Assembly: GCF_006345805.1 (NCBI RefSeq)
Contig: NW_021835511.1
Span: 1-59,380, forward strand
From: Octopus sinensis
Lineage: Eukaryota
Direction of reading: 5' to 3'
DNA: 59,380 nt
Shown: one piece after another, positions 25,678-38,622 of the stretch
Numbering within the stretch: the stretch's first letter is position 1
Layout of the letters: each line of letters begins with the position of its first letter
Program-made: the position numbers and the translations under genes
Notes under the pieces: model-generated
What the model was told of the DNA's origin: nothing
Seen by the model: the letters and a program-made list of their open reading frames with translations, nothing else
The model's database searches: none

Positions 25678-26059
25678 CGCAATAGAATTCCCCTGCAAAG
25701 TAGACAACTGATGATGCGAGCAGTTCTCATAACAACACAATGCAACACTAAACACTCAGGCTACATTCAGGAGTCACAAAAATAAAATAATATTAAATAA
25801 ATACACATCTGATTGCTGATATAAATCGAACGGTCAAAATCCAAATTCCAATCTCATTGGCCCTGCATATAATTAAGAAGCAGCAACATTATCCAACATC
25901 ACTTCATTCGGAAGATGTGACTATGAAAGGTTGAGAAACGATGATAGATTTACTTTAATGCTCCAAGATCAAACTGTAAGGAACTCACATGAAAATATGG
26001 ACACAAACCTCGATAAAAACGTATATGCATATTTACATAAATACACACACACACATATA

Positions 26060-26915
26060 CGAGGTCTGATGAATAAGTATCCGGACTGTTGCCATAGTAA
26101 AGAAGCCAAAGCATGTAGAGTGAAGCCGCTTGGCAAAGATTAATCTTGACCTCTGCTGTACATGCACATTGAGTTTTAACGTTCTAGCTTACTTTCCCTG
26201 TATACAGAAGTGCTTGGAAGTAACATGTGTAACGTGTGACCGTCGCATTGACCATGACAGAAAAGGTTGTCCTGGCGATATCTGCTCAGAGTCCTACGCA
26301 AAGTTGCAGAAAGAGTATGGAGAGGAGTGTATGAGTCGCACACAAGTGTACGAGTGGCTCAGATAGCCGAAAAAATGTCGATTGTGACGAACGTTCTGGG
26401 AGGCCCGCAGCCAGTAGAACTGAGAAAAACATCGTAGATGTATGTGCAGCTGTGAGGGGAAATCGTCGAATCCCCATCTGTGAGTTATCAGAGAATGTGC
26501 AGATTAGTTACGGTTCAGTTCAGTCAATTATCACTGACGATTTGGGTATGAGACGAGTGTCTGCCAAGTTTGTGTCAAAACTGCTTTCAGCTGACCGAAA
26601 AGCCGATAGGATTTCAGTTGCACAAGATCTCCTTGATTGAGTCGAGGACGATGAACTTTTTGATAGCTTTGCATAGGCCTTTGAGCAGGGATCGCCAATC
26701 TTTTGGCAAAACTTTATCCAGATTCTCTGTTCAGCTTTCATCGTCATGGTCAATGCGATAATCACACACTACACACGTTCCTTCCAAGCACTGCTGTAAA
26801 CAGCGGAGGTGAACTAGAACGCTAAAACTTAGTGCGCATGCACAGCAGAGTTTAAGGTCAATTTTGCCAAGCGGCTTCACTTTACGTATTTTAGCTTCGT
26901 TACTATAGCATTGTT
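26060..26915. mobile_element. Mariner derivative made of two inverted 5' ends
   Basis: Plus part encodes RRIPICELSENVQISYGSVQSIITDDLGMRRVSAKFVSKLL. From about 26663 an inverted 5' end encodes MTMKAEQRIWIKFCQKIG. The arms share GTGAAGCCGCTTGGCAAA and TCGCATTGACCATGAC. Confidence 0.85.
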
Positions 26916-26919
26916 CAGA

Positions 26920-27105
26920 TGTATATTTTATGTGTATGCATACTTATACACACACACGCACACACAGCCATATATATGTGTGTGTATATATGTATATATA
27001 TGTATTATACATATATATGTGTGTGTATATATACATATATATGTACATACATACACACATGCATACATACATATTTACACACACACACACGTATATGTTA
27101 TATAC

Positions 27106-27153
<48 letters not shown>

Positions 27154-27377
27154 ATATATATATATATATATATATTATCTGCACAGTTTTGTTCACTGTG
27201 TATGTCCTTGAAAGTATGAAATTGTTTTCAGATGAGAGAACCCACCACACGCACACACACATGCGCACACACCCTCACGCGCGCGCGGAGGCTTTTCTCT
27301 CTCTTCTCTCCTCTCTCTCTCTCTCTCTCCGATGCCAATACACAGCATGCGCACACACACTCACGCGCGCGCGGAGG

Positions 27378-27414
<37 letters not shown>

Positions 27415-28102
27415 ATGCACAATACTCACACACATGCACACACAAACACAAATACGATGAGAAGATGCGAATTTCTAAGTAGTTCTGTTTTATGCTCGCG
27501 CTTAATGTCTCTATGAAAATATGCCTTTTATCTACACTTATGCCTCGTCAGTGTGTGAGAGTGCATCTGTCGATCAGTGTTTTAAGAAGGCTATTATATA
27601 TAAATACTTGCACACACACATACACACACAAGCACACACACACGTACACACGCATATATAATATATATATATAATACACATAATATGTATATATATATAT
27701 GTATGTATGTATGTATGTGTGCATATATATGTGTGTATATATATAAGTATGGATGTATTTATGCATATATATATATGTATATATAATACGTAATATATAC
27801 ATATATACACACAAACATATATATATATGTGTGTGTGTGTTTGTGCGTGCATGCATATATATATGTGTATATATATGTACATATATCATATATATCTATA
27901 TATATAATGTATATATATATAGGTATGTGTATATTATATAGACACACTCACACACACATATATATATACATACATATAATATATATATATATATATTATA
28001 TATATATATATATAATATATATACATACACACATATACATACAACACACACACACATATATGCATACACACACATGCTTGAACACATTCACATGCTGTCG
28101 TG

Positions 28103-28134
<32 letters not shown>

Positions 28135-28146
28135 CATATATGCAAT

Positions 28147-28202
<56 letters not shown>

Positions 28203-28207
28203 AATTG

Positions 28208-28243
<36 letters not shown>

Positions 28244-29004
28244 ACATACGTATGCATATTTATATTTACAAACACGAGTAATGTGTATGAATGTAGCGCG
28301 CAGTTTATGTTCCTTCAATACTCATCTGTTGAGATTACCGTCCGCTCTCAATGGCCTATGAAAATAAATGAAAGCTGTTAGAACAACCACCAACAACAAA
28401 AGCAACAACAACACCAAGCAACAACAAAAACAAAATCAAATACAGAAAAACAAAACAAACCATATCAATATCCCGTGGACAAAAGAAAACACTAAAATGA
28501 TTGACCGTATGATGCGTTGGTGTGAATTAGCCGAAGGTGTTTCAGTGTGCGGCGGTTTCGTACGGCGTAGTGGTGAGTGTCTTCGGCAAATAAACAGGTT
28601 CCTATTTTGCTAATAATAGCCGACAACATAGAAACAATCCTACTTAAACTAATACTTACAAGATCAAGCGAGGACACAATGGGTGTGTTTGCGTGCATCA
28701 GTGCTTACGTGCACCAATGTGCATACGTGTATATATATATATTATATAATATATATATATACATATATTTTGTGCGTTCGTGTTTACGCAAATGCATGTA
28801 TGCATTTACTATGTACACGCACACCACATATATGAATATATATATGTGTATGTGATTATATTATATATATATTATATATATATAATATATAGAATATATA
28901 TAAATATATACATATCTATATATATATATATATATTATATATATATATAAATATAAATATATATTAATGTGTGTATATATATATGTATTTTATACATATA
29001 TATA

Positions 29005-29037
<33 letters not shown>

Positions 29038-29110
29038 CATATATATTATATATATATATATATATAATATATATATATATTATAATAATATATATATATA
29101 TATATCTATA

Positions 29111-29147
<37 letters not shown>

Positions 29148-29350
29148 CACACACATACATATATAAATGATAATAATAAACCTGAACACAAACATCCATT
29201 TTTTGCGTTTGTGTATGTGTGTGTGTGTACAAATATTCATGTATATAACTATATGTGCACGTATTTTTGTGCATGTGTGTGTATGGTGTGTGCACGTATT
29301 TTTGTGAGTGTGTGTGTATGGTGTGTATGTGTGTGTGTGCCTGTTTAAGT
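26920..29350. repeat. Microsatellite-rich zone, (TA)n/(CA)n/(CT)n
   Basis: Directly visible; interspersed with short unique islands. Confidence 0.9.
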
Positions 29351-29928
29351 ATATATTTCGCGTAATATCCATAACAAGCGTAAACTGGCGCCATTAAACC
29401 TGATTGACGGCGACCACAGAGTAAAGCAATTACGAAATAAATGTGTAAGAAACAAATAGAAAAAAAATGAAAGAAAGAAAGATCTAGCATGCAAATAAAC
29501 AGCTATGAAACTAATAACATAGTAAAACTTGCAATTATTGCATGCATTATGAAAGGACAACGATAACAATTGCAGCAGCTGTAGTAACACCAGCAGCAAC
29601 AACAATGCAGCTACAGGTAATAATAAGGATAAGAAGGAAGAAGGAAGAGAAGAAGAAGAAGAAGAAGAAGAAGAAGAAAAATGGAAAAAGGAAATTGCAA
29701 GTACTTAACCTAAGAAGCGGTAACAATGAAATGATACGAATAGAAATTTCGCTTATTGGCCACAAGGGCCTCACTCCTCGGGCGTGGGGTGCACGGACGG
29801 ACAAAGGCGAAGGATCAATGGAGAAACAGGGGCGGAATTTACATCGATTATAGAGGTGAGATCAACTGTAACCATATTGATACATTAATACGTAATAATA
29901 ATGATAATAGTAATAGTAATAATAATAA

Positions 29929-30000
<72 letters not shown>

Positions 30001-30052
30001 CAGTGATAGTAGTAGTTGTAGTAATGATGATGATGATAATAATGATGAATAC

Positions 30053-30445
30053 AAAGGCGAGCTGGCAGAAACGTTAGCACGTCGAGCGAAATGCGTAGCC
30101 GTATTTCGTCTGCTGTTACGTTTTGAGTTCAAATTTCGCCGAGGTCGACTTTGCCTTTCATCCTTTTGGGGTCGATAAATTAAGTACCAGTGACGCATTA
30201 GGGTCGATATAATCGACTTAATCCGTTTGTCTTTCCTTGTTTGTCCCCTCTGTGTTTAGCCCCTTGTGGGTAATAAATAAATAGGTATTTCGTCTGTCTA
30301 CGTTCTGAGTTCAAATTCCGCCGAGGTCGACTTTGCCTTTCATCCTTTCGAGGTCGATAAATTAAGTACCAGTTGCATACTGGATCGGTCTAATTGACTG
30401 GCCCCCTCCTTCAAAATTTCGGGCCTTGTGCGCAGAGTAGAAAAG
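30053..30445 (+). mobile_element. SINE-A composite: head + tail 1, then second body + alternative tail
   Basis: Restarts at 30284 (GGTATTTCGTC). The second unit ends AAAATTTCGGGCCTTGTGCGCAGAGTAGAAAAGGA. Confidence 0.85.
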
Positions 30446-30454
30446 GATGATGAA

Positions 30455-31700
30455 TAGAAAGTCCTCCGAAGAGAAGTTTTGAAAACGTGGCATGTAGGAA
30501 CAAGAACCGTATCTTTTAATAACGGAGCTTTGGGGGCAATACCGAATAGCCCTTTTAATTATTCTGGCCAAATACCAGGGAAATCAAAAGTGTCAGAACT
30601 TAATCTTCCTGATTATGATGAGGATAATGAGGGCAGGCCACCCACTGAGGCAGCACAAAAGGGTAAGACAAAGCCAATCAGGAAAGCTGGAAGGACATTT
30701 CGAAACTGTGACAAGAAAATCAACTGCATGGGCAATATCCCAAACGAGCTGGGGAGGCTGATGTAGATACAAGAAGAACCCATCAGTGGTTGCGGAGTAC
30801 TAGTTTGAAAGCCGAAGTAGAACGATGTATCCTAGCAGCACAAGATCAGAGTCTCCTCAACCGTTGTGCTAAGGTCACGCATAATGAGGTAGATACAACG
30901 CGTAGAGTCAGCAATGACAAACTTGAGAGCATTAACCACGTTGTCGCCGGTTGCTCAGTCCTTGCTCCTACATAATATAAAACCATGAACGATCGAGTTG
31001 GCCAATTCTTGCACTGGAGCATATACCTATTTCTTTATTACCCACAAGGGGCTAAACACAGAGGGGACAAACAAGGACAGACAAACGGATTACATCGATT
31101 ACATCGACCCCAGTTCGTAACTGGTACTTAATTTATCGATCCCGAAAGGATGAAAGGCAAAGTCGACCTCGGCGGAATTTGAACTCACAACGTAACGGCA
31201 GACGAAATACCGCTAAGCATTTCACCCGGCGTGCTAACGTTTCTGCCAGCATATACCGTCACTATTACAACCCGCATCCGAAGAACTGGTATGAACACAA
31301 TCCAGAACCAGTCACTGAGGGAGAGTATGTTACTCTCCTATGGAATCATGGGATATATACAGACAGGCAAATAAATACTAACACATCAGACATTGTTATC
31401 AAAGGCATTTGACAAAAGCATACCTTTTAATTGATATGACAGAGCCCGATAGAAACGATTCAGCAAATAAATTTGAAAAACTACCGACATACAAGGAGCT
31501 TGAGATTGAGATATACAGGATGTAGAAAGTGAAAACCAAAACCATCCCCGTTATTGTGGGCGCCCTGGGTATGATCAAGATAGGTGCCGACAATTGTTTT
31601 GACCAGATCCCAGGGAAACTAACAATCTACGGGGCTCAAAAACTGTGCTGACATCAATCGTCTACCTTCGCAGGAAGTTTCTTTCTGGTTGGGACTCGGT
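30455..31700 (+). mobile_element. Old, deleted R4/Dong-type LINE remnant interrupted by SINE-A
   Basis: LKAEVERCILAAQDQSL, ESINHVVAGCSVLA, WYEHNPEPVTE..LWN..TDRQI, IPVIVGALG; homologous to the 37360-38045 region. Confidence 0.8.
31028..31250 (-). mobile_element. SINE-A (tail 1)
   Basis: Flanked by AGCATATACC at 31018-31027 and 31248-31257 (GGTATATGCT in element sense). Confidence 0.9.
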
Positions 31701-31758
31701 CGGAAAATGAAATATAATGCAAATCAATCGGAAAATAAAGACAATAATAATAATGATG

Positions 31759-31820
<62 letters not shown>

Positions 31821-31824
<4 letters not shown>

Positions 31825-32163
31825 CTCGAATGTGGAGTTTAAAAATTCGAATGTGGTGTCCAAAAGATCTGGAAATAGAGGTAACTCGAATGTGGAGTAA
31901 GAAAAATAGAAACAATTCCTATCATAGTAGGCCCATTAGGTATGATAAAAAATATTCAGACAAATATATAATAAAAACATCAGGACTAACAAGTATATAT
32001 AACATACAGAAAATGGCACTACTAGGCACTGCACACATCCTACGTAAAACACTTTCAATACAATAAAAATAAGAGCATCGCAACAAATCACAGCACATAC
32101 CCAAGGCACACAGAGCTGCGCTCGGTAGTGAAGTGAAATCATGTGATAAAAATAAGGCTACTG
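31821..32163 (+). mobile_element. 5'-truncated R4/Dong-type LINE copy in (AAT)n
   Basis: KDLEIEVTRMW..IQKMALLGTAHILRKTLSIQ plus a 3' UTR like 38046-38142; (AAT)n on both sides. Confidence 0.9.
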
Positions 32164-32231
32164 AATAATAATAATAATAATAATGATGATGATGATGATG
32201 ATGATGAGATGATGATGATGATGATGATGAT

Positions 32232-32620
32232 GGTTCAAATTTTGGCAGAAGCCCAGCAATTTTAGGAGTAGTAAGTCAATTACGTCCACCTCAGTACTCA
32301 ACTGGTACTTACGCCGGGCGAAATGCTTAGCGGTATTTCGTCTGGTTACGTTTTGAGTTCAAATTCCGCCGAGGTCGACTTTGCCTTTCATCCTTTCGGG
32401 GTCGATAAATTAAGTACCAGTTACGCACTGGGGTCGATGTAATCGACTTAATACCTATGTCTGTCCTTGTTTGTCCCCTCTGTGTTTAGCCCCTTGTGGG
32501 TAATAAAGAAATAGGTACTTATTTTGTCGACTCCGAAAAGATTAAAGGCCAAGTTTATTTCAGTGGAATTTGAACTCAGAACGTAAAGAATCAGAAGAAA
32601 TGTCGGAGAGGCCTTTGTCC
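32232..32620 (-). mobile_element. Older SINE-A (alternative tail) split by a younger SINE-A
   Basis: Tail part 32232-32311, head part 32514-32620. Confidence 0.75.
32312..32513 (+). mobile_element. SINE-A (tail 1), 5'-truncated
   Basis: 8 bp TSD GGTACTTA at 32304-32311 and 32514-32521. Confidence 0.9.
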
Positions 32621-32624
32621 GATG

Positions 32625-33430
32625 CACAAACGATTGTGACTCTTATAAATAAACAGTGCAAGACAAACAAGAATGGGTAAAGAATCCTTAACGTGCGGGA
32701 GCAACCACATAGAGTGATTCGAAGCACCCAAACACAGACCTGGTTACCATGACTCAACAACAGCAAACCCAGTTCTTGACACAAGCCTACAAGCCGCGTT
32801 TTTAAAGTGAACCCATTTAGCCGCGTCAGTTTTGCGACTCTTACTTATCTTTCGTAATATTTAGTGATGGACAGCTTCTTGTTATCTTCCCTTATATTCT
32901 CCCTCAAATGATACTTGAAGAATTTGATGAGGGCTTGTTCTGAGAGGTAAAATCTGTTCACGAGCTTTCGACAGCGTCCGCCTTCCAACTTCTCGCTCTT
33001 CGCTTCCAAACGAAGACTGTAGTTCAGTCTTTGCGGTAGACTCAGGAGAAACCATTATCACTAGACGCGAGAACTGACTTTCCACCAACTACATGGTCCA
33101 GCTTGCAGAATGCAATGGACCTCTAGCTGCAATCCAGATGACAAAGACTCTATCTCGATTTCCAGGTTTACACATCTGTCAAAGACAAGCTGCAAGGAGA
33201 GTATGTCGCACGAACGGTGATGACAATCTCTTAATCGTTGTCTTTGTTCGCAAATCTCTGCAGATATGTTAGGTGCAGTGTTTGCTTGCGCATCATCAGC
33301 GACAGCGTCCCAAGATCTTTCAGTGGGTGTTGGCATCTGATGAATTTCCCCATCAGCCGATTCTACAAGTGGTGGAAGAACACACGACCCAATTTGATAA
33401 TGTAGTTCTGGTTACAGAGAAAGCAGCACA
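32625..33430 (-). mobile_element. Degenerate Tx1/L1-clade LINE 3' fragment
   Basis: Minus frame FYLSEQALIKFFKYHLRENIREDNKKLS..ER*VRVAKLTRLN is homologous to FLSGQSLINFFKYHLKRKVRVERQVLS..KRWVNVARMARMN at 57770-57910. Confidence 0.7.
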
Positions 33431-34255
33431 TCGTCTTTAATCATAGCCCTGTACGGCCAAAGCTGACTCAGGATTAAACAAGCACAAAAACAACAACAAC
33501 CACAACAAAATAAACAACAGTAATAATCACAGAATCGAACAGTATAACCAGAGTCGCTCCACAATCATCGACATTGCGCCATCGCGTACAACAACGACAT
33601 CAATAATCTAAAACTTACGAAACACACACACATTCCCATGCGCACACAGATGCATACACTTCTCCCCCCCCCCCCATATGCAGGTATTGTTCTGTCTAAT
33701 GGCAAATTAAAGTAGGTAGATTTATAACAATTACTTCTAGTTAGCTTTTTAATGCTCTATGCATTAAAAGATGTTAACACAAACTTAACTATTGTTTTTC
33801 ACTCGGATGTCGTCTCTGAAATATTTAGTCTTCTAAACAATTCTATTTTCCTACAGTAAGGCATGTACAATCTTGTATATTTACTTAGTGGTAATTCCAT
33901 CACTACTCCTACAACTCAGATGAATATTATATAACGCTGGTGAACTCATAATAAGAGTGGGTCCTGCCCGGCGTTGTTTTACCACATTTCGCGAAATAAT
34001 TAATTTAGTATATAATTATTCCTTGTTAGATTTTTAAGGCCACTTCCATCAAATGTGTTGACACTAATTTAACTTTAGTGAAAACAGCTTTCTGCATCTT
34101 TCGCCATTCTGTTCTAATTTTATTTTATTTCTCTTTTTAGGTAAACTTCCAAAATACTCGAATAAATGGCAGTCAAAATGTAATGAAATTCGATCAAATT
34201 GGAGCAAATACAAATATTGATTACATAGATTTTCTGATATACATACACAATAACT

Positions 34256-34549
34256 TAATAGTTATCGCCATTCTAATATGGCAGTCTTATAAATATAAAA
34301 CTAAAGCTGTCGCTGATTAGCTCCATGAGGCCATCGCCTTAAGCTAGCTATTTGACACACAAACTGCGTCCATTATAAACCTTCGAACAAGGGAGGTCAG
34401 CCGCTTCATCCTGCCTGTTCGAAGGTTTATAATGGACGCAGTTTGTGTGTCAAATAGCTAGCTTAAGGCGATCGCCTCATGGAGCTAATCAGCGACAGCT
34501 TTAGTCTTATATTTATAAGACTGCCATATTAGTATGGCGATAACTATTA
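34256..34549. repeat. Near-perfect inverted repeat: 134 bp arms, 26 nt loop
   Basis: Arms 34256-34389 and 34416-34549; I count three mismatches. Confidence 0.95.
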
Positions 34550-34821
34550 ATTTCCAGTAACGCTGTCGTAATCTCCTTTAGAGAGACTTAGTAATTTTAA
34601 TATTTCTAATACACAATAACATTTTCCTTATATAGAAGTCACTTCAGGGTCCCGGTTTAATGATAGACGAAATTATGATAAACGTATTATGAGCGTGAGC
34701 GTTAACTATTCAATCAGACATCAATTACAATTTAAAAAAAAAGCGCTAACGGACGATACAACCAAATAACCTGAGCTTTGTTTCTATAATAATGATAATA
34801 ATAGTAATAATAATAATAATA

Positions 34822-35012
34822 AAAAACACCAGGACTTACAAACACATATAACATACAGAAAATTGCACTACTAGGCACTGCACACATCCTACGCAGAACA
34901 CTTTCCATACAATAACCATCAGAGCATCACAACAAATCACATCACATACCCAAGGCACACAGAGCTGCGCTCGGTAGTGAAGTGAAAGCACGCTATAAAA
35001 ATAAAACTACTG
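34822..35012 (+). mobile_element. Short 3'-end copy of the R4/Dong LINE in (AAT)n
   Basis: Nearly identical to 37952-38142 (two differences seen). Confidence 0.95.
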
Positions 35013-35025
35013 AATAATAATAATA

Positions 35026-35097
<72 letters not shown>

Positions 35098-38000
35098 GGA
35101 CCACCGACCATACCTCCCAAGAATCAAAATAAACGAAATAACAACACCTATTATAAACAGCATAAACCTAGCCGTCACTGAACTGATAGCCACTGAATCA
35201 AAAAAAGGTGATATCACTGAGCTAAATAACCTAATATACGCAGCAGCCACTGCAGCCACAAAAGAAGCTGGATACTCACCCGAACCCGCCCAAACAGGAG
35301 TACCACCACCCAAACAAACCCTGTGGATAAATAACATCCAAAGCAAAATAAAAAAAATTAGAAAAGACCTGTCGATTCTTAATGAAATCAGCAAACAATC
35401 AACGCTACTGAGCAACAAAAAGAGAACAAAAATACTCCGCAAATATAACATCACAGAGAAAGATTTGCCTGAAATAAAAGAAAAGCTGAAGCAAGATATC
35501 CTTGCCAAAGCACAAAGGATCCGACGGTACAAGAAACGCCAACGCTTCTTTGAAGAAAACAAAAAGTTCAACTCCAACCCCAAAAAGTTCTACCAAGAAC
35601 TGGGCAAAAATAAAATAGAAGTCACTGCAGCACCAACGGCAGAAGAATTGGAAGAATTCTGGAGAGAAATATGGTCGGCGAACGAACACCAAAAAAAAGG
35701 AGTATCAAAATAACAAACTCGGCATCTGAACAACTTTGGACCCCCATAACAACTGAAGAGGTCACCCAGGCACTGCAAAGACTAAGCAACTGGAAGGCAC
35801 CTGGGCATGACAAGATCCCCAACTTCTGGTTGAAATATCTAACAGGAATGCACAAAAAGCTGGCTGAAAACTTTAACAACGTACTAGCAGAGACAATGCC
35901 TGAATGGCTCACGAAGGGGAAAAACCATCTTAATTCCCAAATCAAATGAAACAGAAAAACCAGAAAACTACAGACCAATAACCTGCCTCCCTACTATGTT
36001 CAAGGCATTTACTGCAGTGATATCACAAAGGCTGAACAAGCACCTGGACGAAAACAAACTGTTCCCAGAAGAGCAGAAAGGATGCCGCAAAGGCTCATAT
36101 GGCTGTAAAGATCAACTAATGATTAATAAAGCCATAACTGAAGACAGCCACAGAAAGAAGAAAGGCCTCAGTATGGCCTGGATTGACTACAAAAAGGCGT
36201 TTGATAGCATCCCCCACACATGGATCCTCGAAACACTAGCCATTAACAAAGTAGCACCAACAATCATAAAATTCATAGAGCACTCTATGAATAAATGGCA
36301 AACAGTCCTACACCTCCAAATAAAAGAGGGACTCATGAAAACCAAAGACATCCCCATTAGAAGAGGAATATTCCAGGGAGACACGCTCTCTCCACTCCTT
36401 TTCTGCTTGGCACTGTCACCTCTATCTGATATGCTAAATAGAACTGGATGCGGATATAAATGTTACGGCAAAACGATCAGCCACCTTTTATATATGGATG
36501 ACCTAAAACTATACGCTGCAAATGACAAACAGCTGGAAACACTATTAAAGACAGTTCATGGATTTACCAAAGAAATAGATATGAAATTTGGATTAGAAAA
36601 ATGCGCCAAAGTAACCATGAAAAGAGGAAAACTAGTTAAGAGTAACAACATCACACTAGATAAAACCAATGAAATAAAAGAATTAGACCAAAGCCAAATT
36701 TACAAATACTTAGGAATCCATGAACTAGATAAGACACAACACACACAAATGAAAGAGAAAATAAAAAAAGAATATTATAGACGAGTTAGATCAATACTAA
36801 ACACAGAGCTCAATGCTAAAAACAAGATAATAGGTATCAACACTTTAGCTGTCCCAGTTATAAGTTACAGCTACAATATCCTTAACTGGACACGAAATGA
36901 ACTGACCAAAATAGATAGGAAAACAAGAAAAATAATGACAGGATCTAGGATGCATCACCCAAAATCTGACATAGAAAGACTATATATACAACGTATAGAA
37001 GGTGGTAGAGGCCTTATACAGCTGGAAAACTACTATAAAATAACCACCATAGGACTGCAAAAATATCTACTTCAGAAGGAAGGAAAACTGATCCAGATAG
37101 CGGCAAAACACGAGCAAAACAAAAAACTGTTCTCAGTATTTAAGGAAGCTGACAAATACAAACAAGAAATCATACCACCTAATAAACACGAAGAAGAAGA
37201 AGATGAAGAAACAACAAAAGCTATAAAACAAATGAAATCCAAACTAAAAATAGAACAGCAACGAACCATGATAAAACGATGGCAAGAAAAGCCCCTTCAT
37301 GGTAAATACTGGACTAAACTAAACGCAAAAGAAATAACAAAGAAAAATCCCAGCAATGGTTGAGAAGCTCAGGACTCAAAGCAGAAACAGAGGGATTTTT
37401 AATTGCAGCACAAGACCAAAGCCTCCCCACCAGAAATTACCAAAAACATGTAATGAAAAGAAATATTACAAGTAACTGCAGAATATGTGGAGATGGACAA
37501 GAAACAATAATCATATTATCTCTAGCTGCCCAGTCCTGGCTAAGAAGGAATATATTCACAGACATGACAGAGTTGGAACCTACATACATTGGAAGCTATG
37601 CCAACATCATGGAATAACAACAGAAAAAAGATGGTATAGGCACACACCAGAAAAGGTCACAGAAAACGAGAAAGCAACCATACTCTGGGATATGCCGATA
37701 CACACAGATAGAGAAATTAAGGCTAACAGACCAGATATAGTTGTCAGTGACCATGAAGAAAAAAAATGCTTTCTAATTGATGTATCAATACCGGCTGATG
37801 ACAACGTGTCTCTAAAAGAAATGGAGAAACTCTCAAAATACAAAGACCTGGAAATAGAGGTAACTAGAATGTGGAATCTGAAAACAGAAACAATTCCAAT
37901 CATAGTAGGTGCATTAGGCATGATAAAAAAATATTCAGACAAATACATAACAAAAACACCAGGACTTACAAACACATATAACATACAGAAAATTGCACTA

Positions 38001-38142
38001 CTAGGCACTGCACACATCCTACGCAGAACACTTTCCATACAATAACCATCAGAGCATCACAACAAATAACAGCACATACCCAAGGCACACAGAGCTGCGC
38101 TCGGTAGTGAAGTGAAAGCACGCTATAAAAATAAAACTACTG
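35098..38142 (+). mobile_element. R4/Dong-clade non-LTR retrotransposon (RT + CCHC + restriction-like endonuclease), 5'-truncated, frameshifted
   Basis: NWKAPGHD, YRPITCLP, QKGCRKG, WIDYKKAFDSIPH, GIFQGDTLSPLLF, LYMDDLK, CRICG..HIISSC, RPDIVV..LIDVSIP..KLSKYKDL. 97 bp 3' UTR; (AAT)n on both sides. Confidence 0.95.
35996..37363 (+). pseudogene. Reverse transcriptase domain of the R4/Dong LINE (largest uninterrupted frame, 455 aa)
   Basis: Canonical non-LTR RT motifs. Frameshifts near 35710, 35945, 37350 and 37510 disrupt the single long ORF. Confidence 0.9.
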
Positions 38143-38149
38143 AATAATG

Positions 38150-38214
<65 letters not shown>

Positions 38215-38428
38215 CCTTTCTACTACAGGCGCAAGGCCTGAAATTTTGTGGAAGGGGACTAGTGGATTTCGTGGACCCCAGTGTTCCACTGGTATTTGAT
38301 TTTTCGACCCCGAAAAGATGAAAGACACAGTTAACCTCAGTGGAATTTGAACTCAAAGCATGAAGACGGAAGAAATGCCGCTTAGCAATTTTGTGCGGCG
38401 TAAGTAACGATTCACTTGACTGGCCACT
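38215..38428 (-). mobile_element. Older SINE-A with CCTTTCTACTAC.GGCGCAAGGCCTGAAATTTT tail
   Basis: Abuts the LINE (AAT)n tract tail-to-tail. A further, more degenerate copy follows at about 38440-38610. Confidence 0.75.
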
Positions 38429-38622
38429 TAAAAAACACACATTGCTTTCTTGTTCAGGCAAAAGGTCAGCAATATTTGAGGGGTAGAATGGTGGGGTTAG
38501 CCGATGCTACCGGAGCCCATGCTTTATATGAACTCCGGATAGATGAAAGATGAAGCTGACCCCGACAGAATTTGAACCGAGAATGTAAAGAGTCAGAACA
38601 AATATCGCAACAACAACAGTAA

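Noticed and set aside
37607-38038. Antisense ORFs over the LINE (also 34993-35583, 35622-35978)
   Set aside because: Shadows of the plus-strand LINE coding sequence.
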